This document shows, one piece after another, positions 55,230-64,000 of a DNA stretch of 64,000 nucleotides. Within the stretch, counting starts at the first letter, position 1. The number at the start of each line of letters is the position of its first letter. The position numbers were made by a program, and so were the translations under genes. Source of the stretch: the human T2T-CHM13v2.0 reference genome, Homo sapiens; the NCBI RefSeq assembly GCF_009914755.1, contig NC_060928.1. One strand, given 5' to 3'. The notes beneath the pieces were generated by a model that made no database searches, was not told where the DNA came from, and was given only the letters and a program-made list of their open reading frames with translations.

Positions 55230-56505
55230 AGAAAATATATTCATATAACCCTGATTTTGGTAAAACACATTTCTACATATTCATTTCTGAGGCACAGGGT
55301 TTCTTATACAGTCACCTGTTTTGAGGTATTTAAAACACTTTTTAGTTTTGTGCTAGTTGCAAAAAATGACATTTTAACATAAACTATCAGTTTTACTTGC
55401 AGAGTTTGGTGTAAAAAATATGAAGATTTTATCTCCAAAATTAAGATACTTCTATATACCTTTCCACACATCTCAAATTTGTGAAGTTTAAGAGGATTTT
55501 AGAAGTGATCAGTATCAGTTTACAAAATTACTTGGAACATGTGTTAATCAGTCATCTTCCTTTGCCAAGCTGACTCTGAAATTCATGGAAGGTACCTACA
55601 CACCAAACTTTAAGTGATTGCATATGCTAGCTTCTAAATATTTATGAGGATTCTTTCAATTTTAGCATTTTGGGTACTAGCAAACAGTCTATTCCCATTA
55701 CCAAATTCCTAAGCACAACATTGTTTCATTATCAAAGAAAATAACATCTTTTGGGGGCTGTAAATACTCTGTGAGGACAAATGGATTTTCTAAAGGAGAC
55801 TACTGACCATGTGTTAAACTATGACATTTCAATACACTTGTTTGATTGTTGGTCAAAAACATACTCAAAGGTAAACAACTTGAGCAAATAACAGGCAACT
55901 GAAGTTGACCATTTAAAGAGAGGGACAATGAGCATGAAAAATCAAGACGAATGCATTGCTTCAATTTCATAGACAACATGAATTAAACGCAAGCCACTGC
56001 CATTCTGCTTTAATTTAAATAAATCAAATGTTTTCACTGTCTCAGAAAACTAGTTTTTTCAATAACATTTATGACATATTTTTTCTTGGTTTGTGCACCT
56101 ATTTGGAAAAGCATCACCGAGAGAGTTGTTGGTTATGAAAAAATACAATTCCCTTAGCCATTTACTGGGCTACATCAGTTAGTGGAAAACAGATTTCTCA
56201 AGATAAATTGTTATTGGTCATTAAAAACATATAATGCTTCTCCTTAGACAGACTAAATTTATCTGATATGTTTGTATTCCAGGATGAAATCAGAAAAGTG
56301 ACTGACGACAGGGAAACAGGATAAGATCTATTTTCACACCAGATTTGTTATTCAAGTTGGCTTCAGAACTATTAATAAATATTTCCAAAAGCAGTTTTCA
56401 TCAACTTAGATTAGACCAAGAATTATGACCACAGACCACAGACCCTCTGCCATCCCAGCTGGCCTCTCCCATCAAGTAGTGCAATGGGGCTATCAAATTT
56501 TTTAT

Positions 56506-57008
56506 TTTATTTTATTATTTTTTTCTCTAGTTCTTCTAAAAAAAAGGGGATACATGTACAGTACATGCATGTTTGTTACATAAGCCATTACATAGGTATA
56601 CGTGTGCCATGGTGGTTTGCTGCACCTATTGACCCCTCCTCTAAATTTCTTCTCTTCAACCCCCACCCGCCAACAGGCTCTAGTGTGTGATGTTCCTCTC
56701 CCTGTGTCCATGTGTTCTCAATGTTCAACTCCCACTTATGAGTAAGAACATGCAGTGTTTGGTTTTCTGTTCCTGTGTTAGTTTGTTGAGGATGATGGCT
56801 TCATCCATGTCCCTACAAAGGACAGGATCTCATTCCTTTTTGTGGCTGCATAGTGTTCCACGGTGTATATGTACTACATTTTCTTTACCCAGTCTGTCAT
56901 TGATGGACATTTGGGTTGGTTCCACGTCTTTACTATTGTAAATAGCACTGCAATAAACATAAATGTGTGTGTGTCTTTATAGTAGAATGATTTATATTCT
57001 TTTGGGTA
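56506..57008 (-). mobile_element. L1PA8-like, heavily 5'-truncated
   Basis: aaaaaaggggatacatgt...gtggtttgctgcacctattgacc 3'UTR; 20-bp TSD ggggctatcaaattttttat at 56486-56505 and 57009-57028. Confidence 0.9.
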
Positions 57009-57802
57009 GGGGCTATCAAATTTTTTATGAAGACTAGGTGGCCAGACAGCATATCTGCTCAGTTGTTCCTCCATTCCTACCCATTTTCCATACTCTCTCA
57101 CACTCACTTTCACCCTCATCCTCACCAAAGGATGATAAAGCAAATGCCTACAATTGCAAGTGAGTGAGCAAGCAAGTCAAATGGAGAAAGACGAGCTATA
57201 GGAAGCTAAGCAGAATCATATGCTAAAACAGGGAGGTGCCTGCTTCACTTGGGATAAAGCCAGAAGCTTCCTTCCATCTCTTTGGTATCATTTCAGGCCT
57301 AGTTGAAAGTGAACGTGAACAGTAAAACGGGTGACCTTGAGCACAAGCTTATGGATAATGATAGTAAAAAAGGAATTGTGTTTCACAAAACCACAGGTTT
57401 CAGTCCCTTGAGGCTCTGAAAAAGTAAACAAGGAAGCTGACACATGACAGCATATCTTGAGAGCACACTCAAAGAATTTTTAGACACTTGTGATAAGAAG
57501 CTTTTTGGGGAATGTTCAGTTGTTTTTCCCTCCACACAGAAGCAGTGGGAGGCAGAGTTTAGATTTCTGAGCATTCCAGAACCTGGGGAGGGTCATAGCT
57601 GCTGCTGTTGCTAGAGAAGTCTGCGGAGTTAAGAGCAATAAAGGCAGTAAAAATAAAACCTAAAATAAGTATTTGGCCTTCTGTTCCTCAGCCTTCTCAC
57701 TATGTGAGGCTCTTAGACTTCCTCCCTACTAAACAGTGGGCCAGACCTGCCTTCACTGTCATTTTCATCCTTGATTTATCTGTTTTCTTCAATGGAATTT
57801 TT

Positions 57803-58119
57803 GTTTGTTTTTGTTGTTTTTGTTTGTTTGTTTGTTTGTTTTTGAGACAGAGTGTCGCTCTGTCACCCAGGCTGGAGTGGCACGATCTCAGCTCACTGCA
57901 ACCTCCGTCTCCCTGATTCAAGCACGTCTCCTGCCTCAGCCTCCTGAGTAGCTGGGACTACAGGCGTGCACCACCACGCCCAGCTAATTTTTTGTATTTT
58001 TAGTAAAGACGAGGTTTCACTATGTTGGCCAGGATGGTCTTGATCTCCTGACCTCGTGATCTGCCCGCCTCAGCCTCCCAAAGTGCTGGGATTACAGGTG
58101 TGAGCCAGCACACCCGGCC
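57803..58119 (-). mobile_element. AluSc-like with (TTTG)n tail
   Basis: ggccaggatggtcttgatctcctgacctcgtgatc; TSD tcaatggaattttt/tcaattgaattttt. Confidence 0.93.
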
Positions 58120-59009
58120 TCAATTGAATTTTTAATGAACCCCTCAGAGATAGTATCTTTGTATCTGAATAATTCCTAGGCGAGGTTTAGATATATCGAG
58201 TATGGTCAACTTCATTAGAACACATGAAAGTGGTGACTATTTTCTTCTCCCTCAGTTAGTTCATATCATCCTGTTTCTCTAGTGATAAAATATGAAAGAT
58301 TCCAAAAGTTGTAAAAGGAGAGAAAACAGGAATATAGAAGCAGGGAGTGCGTAGGGAAGATGAGAGTGGCAGGGAACTAAATCTTGAGAAAGCACAGAAC
58401 TCAACAGACATAGACCGAAAACCTTGTTTGTTATTAAATCTTACATTAGATTGAACAAGTGAAACTCCATCCCTGAGAAAGCTCACCTGTGAACTGGGCA
58501 ATTTCAGTGCAGTTTTTTTTTTTCTTAGAGTTATTAATAAGATGAATTGAGATAATGCCAATGCCTTTTGGAAATAAGAACCAAACAAATGCAAGGTGGC
58601 CTGGAAAATTGTCTCCAAAAAAAGGCAGTGAGACCCCCATGAAACATTTTTAACTATATTTTTCAAAATTGCTTTTGTTTTCAAAGATTTACAACTTCAG
58701 GGAGACAAAGGAAACTCCAGCTCATCTCCCACATCATTGATTGAGAGGACCATTTTCTGACTGTCTGCACACGTAAGTACCTTGCTTTCACTAGTTAGAA
58801 GCTCTTGCACTCCAGTCCTTACCTCCTGATGCACTTTGTTCCTTATATTCTGTCAGTGATTAATGTAGGTAACTTCCAGCTACACCTGTCACATTTTAAT
58901 CTAAGCTAAAGGGAGAACTATAGCCTAAAGGCACTGTAGGTAATTTCATGAACTTGTTTCTGAAAGATAGAGAATGACTGAGTAATGGAAAAATTGTGAG
59001 ATCCTTCTG

Positions 59010-59540
59010 TTTCAACTCAGTGCATTACCAAATTGAGTGCTGGAGGAAGATCCCAAGGAAAGGAGAAAGAAGGACCAATTAGGGAGAAATCATAAATACT
59101 TGAATAGTTAGATAAGCTTCCCATTAATTAGAGAAAAAAATAAGTTATGAAGAGATAAAGGAAAATTATGAAGGAGAGCAGAGAAAAAGCACCATGCGAG
59201 GAAGCTTGTAATTAAAAACAGAATGAATGAAAACAGATCACAATTGGCTAAGTGAATGAAAAGAGAGGAATGGAAAAATAACATAGTTTTAACAAATGAC
59301 AATGATAGAGGTAAAGACTCCTCCAACAAAAAGCAAGGATTAAAAAAAAAGAGATAATCTTCAAAGCAAAAAGAGACCCAAAAGGCTACCTGAAACTGAA
59401 TGACAGAAACAAGAAAGAAAAAACCTGAAAGGGGGAAAAAAGACAAAACATACAGGAGAAGTAAGTAGACCCAGAAACACACATAAGAAAACATTATAAA
59501 ACAGACCTATCTTATTCAAACATTAATGAAAGAATGAAGC
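59010..59540 (+). mobile_element. Very degenerate A-rich L1M-like remnant
   Basis: A-rich text resembling L1 ORF1/EN; weak. Confidence 0.35.
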
Positions 59541-59849
59541 TCTGAGAGTAATAAAATATTAATTATTATTCCACTACCTGCTAGTCTGTCTCTGCTGGCA
59601 GCTTTAGCATATCTACTTGTTTGAGTGACAACCTCCTGTCTTTGCTATTTCTCGCACTTTTTAAAGTCCCTCTCCCCAGGGGAGAACCTATTTTACTCTT
59701 ATAGAACCTGTATAAATAATGGGCCAAGAAATCTTGTGTTTTGAAGATTGACTGAGAAAAAAAATTTCCAAAATGTTCTCCAAGTTGAAAAAGATGTAGA
59801 AGCCTTAGACCAAATAGTAGGTCAGTACCCAGAATATTCCCAAATAGAT

Positions 59850-59966
59850 TTGTATCTGTAATTGGAAATAATGGCAATTTCTAGGGTTATTTGAGGACAA
59901 AATGAGATTATACACTTAGAGCATGTCTGGCATCTAGTACACACACAATAAATATTAGCTGTTATT
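59850..59966 (+). mobile_element. MIR 3' part
   Basis: atctgtaattggaaataat...tagggttatttgagga...aatgagat...cacttagagcatgtctggca...caataaatattagctgttatt. Confidence 0.7.
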
Positions 59967-60262
59967 GTAAGCATGGACACTCATTTTTATCAGATGGTGG
60001 GCCAAACCCTGTTGGACTGTGACATACTTATTGCTTCTTCCTGGGTCTCTCAACCCAAGTGAGAAGTCAGCAAAGAAATCATTTGGGAAACCCTCTGTTT
60101 TTGTTTGTTTGTTTGTTTGTTTTTAATACCATAATTAGATTAACTAATGCTTGTTCCATTATTTCCTATGAACAATCCAAGTTTTTTCTTTCAGGAAGCT
60201 GTGCCCTGTGGTCAGGGCCAGACATGTTTCTGTGCTTTTCCTCTCCACCTGCTTCTCCCCTG

Positions 60263-60770
60263 TGATGCAAAGGCAAAGGGGCTGTGGGTGTGGCTGAGTG
60301 CTCAGGAGGGCACCGCCCAGTGAGGTCAGTGAGTGTCAGTGACTCACGTCCGCCTAGAATTGCCCCCACCAGGGCCTTGCTGAGTCTTCTCCCTGCTGCT
60401 GGGAATTTTGTCCCACCTTTATGTAGATGTGCGTTACTGAGTTTATCTGCATAGGAAAGGATGTGAGCTCTGAGTTCCCGGACTCTTCCTCCTCTCAGGT
60501 TCCTTAGAATGATTTAGGAGTAGGATTCTGAGCATCTTGGGGAGCTCTCCTGGGGGGTCTAATCGCCCATGTCTCAGGGACATGGGAAGGCCTAACAATC
60601 AAAGTGCACTTGGTGCTAGACATAGAAGTGGGAAGAAAGTGGAGAACAAATGAACAGGAGGCTGGCTATCTGGATATCTGGATGAGGGGCTCGAAGGACC
60701 ATAGAGACCACCCAACCCATGGGATAGACAAAGAACGGGCAGTGTCCAGAAGCGGAACTGGAAAGTCCCC
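60263..60770. promoter_or_regulatory. Candidate inducible enhancer (motif cluster)
   Basis: TGATGCAA 60263, GGGTGTGGC 60286, CCGCCC 60313, TGACTCA 60340, TTCCTTAGAA 60500, GGAAAGTCCCC 60760. Confidence 0.35.
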
Positions 60771-60804
60771 TATACCCACATGGCCCACCCGTGCTAGATT
60801 TTCA

Positions 60805-60965
60805 ATCCCTGGATTCAACACTGCCACTGTCAAATATGTTATTTCTGGGAGATTCTCTGACCTCACTTATGCTTAGTTTCTTCATATATATAGTGGGAAT
60901 TTTATAACTCATTTGTCAATCTTTTCCTGGAATAAAAACAAATGAGATACAGAAATGCTTTGCAA
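60805..60965 (+). mobile_element. MIR fragment
   Basis: ctggattcaacactgccact...gcttagtttcttcat...aaatgagata...aaatgctttg. Confidence 0.55.
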
Positions 60966-62494
60966 GCAGATGAACTAAATAAACACATCCAGAGAACTGG
61001 CAAACTGTACTGCTCCTTCCTACCCACTTCTTTGCTAAGTTTTGGAAGAGGATTTGTGGACAAACATCCTATTTTACATCTCCCATCTGGGGACAATATA
61101 TCAAATGACTTACAACATTTTAATCATGTAACACAGGTCTACTGTTATGAGTATTTAAAGTGTTGAAGATTTAAAAAGAAATGAAAATGACAATGCCTTC
61201 ATTTAAAAGTGGAATGTTCTCTGAAAAGGTCAGAAAGAACTCCAAACTCAATTATTATTATTGAATCATATTTATTAAACAGTGTATGCTGTGTCCTCAA
61301 GAAAGAGACTACACACAGAAACAGATTAAGAAACACAAAACTCCAAACCCCAGAACGAACACTATGGTTGAAAATGCCCAGAGCACATGTGACTTTTCAG
61401 GAACCTCTGATGACCCTGAAGCCACAGACAGGGAACCCTGGCTCTAGACTGTTAGCAACTCCAGACAGGAACAATGCTTTATTTGTTATTGTACCCCAAA
61501 TCCCAGCACAGTGCCAGCATCTAAGAGATGTCATTCTGAATTGGCAGGGCTAGACTCATTGTTATTTATGCTCTTTTAACACAAGCACAGGTATGAAGGA
61601 CAGCTTTGGACCAGGGACTCAGAGGGAGGATAACAATAGCTGAAGAGTTTGAAAAGCAAGACAAGAGCACAGGTATCCAAACTGCTGAGAAGTGACTCCA
61701 CTTCTCAGCTAGCTATGAAGGTGTGGTGGACAGGGACAGTCCTAACAGCCAGCTAAGAATTCAGGAGAACACCTGAGGACAAGATCTTGATACAGTTATT
61801 GGAACCACGGTACAAGATGAGGTGTGACTAAGGGCAAGCCAGACCAGAGGCTAGTTACAGAAAATGGGTGCAAATCATAGAGAATGGGTATTCCTAGCCT
61901 CCTAGGGTAGGGTAATGAAGGGTCTAGGAGTCAGGGAAATAATTGCAGGAGGTTCTATCTTTGACTGTGCCTGGGACTGGAAGAGATCACTCAGCTTCTC
62001 TGAGGTTGTTCCATGGAGCTTGCAAGTTTTCAAAGCACTCTTAGGCCCACTTTTAGAGGTTCATAAATACAAGACAGCTTCTTAGTTTTGATTGCTTCTA
62101 CCTTATGCCAAGCATATGGTACTGAAAAAATTAAACAGTAGACATTTTTTACAATAATCAGTTGTAAAAATAATCGATTGGTGATATTAAAATGTTGTTT
62201 ACCCGTATTCATCCTTCCACATAGTGTAGTCTAACAGACGTCATTTAACCTCAACACTTAATCATCTGCTCCTAAAACTCTGCTGCTCTTGTGGGGTATT
62301 ATACTCCATTATTCTAAGACTAGGGAGTACTTGGAAGAGAAGATCCAGAAGAGTGGCATCATAGTTGGGTAGGCTGGGCTACATCTCATGAAGATGCATT
62401 TATAAGAACAAAACTCATTTGAAGGGAAAATATAAATGATACCTACATTAGCTGATAAATAGAAGCTAATTAAGAGATTTTCTGTAAATTTTAA

Positions 62495-62660
62495 GTTTAC
62501 AGACTCTTAGAATCAGAAGGGATCTTGGAAATTACCACATTGCCAATTACTAATTTTCAATTGAAGAACCAGGTTTTAAGGTTGAGTGGGTTGCTGAAGG
62601 CCAGGAAGTTAGAGGAAAGGAATAGGATCTGTTTCCTCTCATCCCAATCAATGCTCCTTC
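62495..62660 (-). mobile_element. MIR3-like fragment
   Basis: agactcttagaatcagaagggatcttgga...ttgctgaaggcca. Confidence 0.5.
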
Positions 62661-63539
62661 CGGGGACCTCCCTGGCTGGAGGAAATGGGGTGGGGATAAG
62701 AACCAGGAGGAGAGATGTGTAGATTACTCCTTTCTTCTCAATGTCTGCCATACAGAAGTCATTTTGTCCAGTGGGGGAATTGTAAGGAAAAAACCATATT
62801 TTAAAATTCCCTAACAAATATGACATCACAAGTCAGGTTTCTTCTCTAGAATTTCTAGTTGTTTCTAATGACAACCTTATTTAATAACTCCCATAGCATT
62901 ATTTTTACTTGTTTTCTAAGAAAAATAAAGGTTTTGAAAGTAATATTTTTGAGTAGGAAAAAACTAGGAGATCAAAAACTGAGAAAAATATGAACAAAAT
63001 TATTTTAAAATTTGTGTTTCTTTTTAAATTGTATTACTTTTGGTAGAATGAACCCATTTTAAGCAGTATTATAATAATGAAGTTTACATTGTGGCAAAAT
63101 TAGCTTTTGATTTATTACAAACAATATTTCTGATAATATTTTTTGAGGAATTTGTTACCCCATTAAAATTTTCCTTACATCTCTACTTGAATGTCTGTAG
63201 TTTCTGGTTAAGACTGATTAAATCTAAGGAAATGTTCTTCTTAGATGAAAGAAGGGGTTCAATGCATCATGCTCCCTCTGTAAATGCTTTTGCTAATGGA
63301 GTGCTCATGTTCAACCAGATGTGGGAAAATTCTATCGACAGGCCCTTGAATAACTAATTGACAATTACCATGGGAAGTCTTTTGATAGAAGGCCACTTGA
63401 CTTTTATTAAATGTCAAACTTCCTTAGACCACAGATATCACATGTTTCTAACATGACTTGAATCCTTTGAGAGAAAGAAATCAGTCATGTCTGATGCCAG
63501 GGTTAATATAGATTTGGGGCTGTCTTTATTCTTTAAGGA

Positions 63540-63740
63540 GGATGACAGCTAACATTTATGGAGTACTTATCATGTGCAAGTCTCTGTTCTAAGTATTTTA
63601 TATGGATTAACAACATTATTATTGTCCCAATCTTACTGTTGAGGGAAATAAGGCACAACAGGTTAAGAACTTGGCTAAGATACACAGCTCATAAGGAAGT
63701 CTAGGCCCAGAGACTGTGCCCTTTTATGTTATACTGCCTT
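63540..63740 (-). mobile_element. MIR
   Basis: acagctaacatttatggagtacttat...ctgttctaagtatttta...aggttaagaacttggctaagatacacagct. Confidence 0.7.
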
Positions 63741-63864
63741 CTTTTTTTTTTTTTTTAGGCTATTAAATTACTATAATTGTATTTTTTAGTGGAGAAAGAC
63801 AGCTAGGTATAATTTATTATAGGTGGTGTATTCCCTGAATTCTGGATCTGTTTGCTTCCTATGG

Positions 63865-64000
63865 TTTTTTTTTTATTATTATACTTTAAGTTTTAGGGTA
63901 CATGTGCACAATGTGCAGGTTAGTTACATATGTATACATGTGCCATGTTGGTGTGCTGCACCCATTAACTCGTCATTTAACATTAGGTATATCTCCTAAT
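63865..64000 (-). mobile_element. L1PA3-like 3' end, continues beyond the window
   Basis: Poly-T then attatactttaagttttagggtacatgtgcac...ttaacattaggtatatctcctaat. Confidence 0.92.

Noticed and set aside
59108-59494. 128-aa hydrophobic ORF resembling a membrane protein
   Set aside because: Antisense of an A-rich degenerate repeat; the Phe/Leu bias is compositional.
62300-62420. Possible CR1/L3 fragment
   Set aside because: Resemblance too weak to support without a profile search.

Overview
Repeat-rich non-coding DNA from a hominoid primate (human or ape, inferred from L1PA3, AluY and a HERV-W LTR17). I find no credible host protein-coding gene, tRNA, rRNA or CRISPR array. Every ORF with recognisable homology is an L1 ORF0/ORF1/ORF2 remnant or an Alu read-through. 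The window holds nine Alus, five primate-specific L1s, several ancient L1M/L2/MIR fragments, MaLR LTRs (THE1, MST, MLT1A) including a two-LTR MLT1A-type element with nested MSTA and MER41A, a solo LTR17, an LTR33 and hAT DNA-transposon fossils. I do not see a new multi-gene biological system. The strongest signals are rearrangement scars visible in the sequence. (1) An L1PA5-like element with both ends has about 2.8 kb of ORF2 replaced by foreign filler plus an inverted copy of its own EN region; it also has a multi-segment 3' tail and an intact ORF0. (2) An 82-bp locally templated insertion sits inside an MSTB LTR. (3) An L1 lacking both ends sits where an older L1 lost its ORF2. (4) There is an AT-rich snap-back filler and two tandem duplications. 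A few unique stretches are candidate enhancers or non-coding exons. Subfamily names come from remembered consensus sequences, and boundaries of ancient repeats are approximate.
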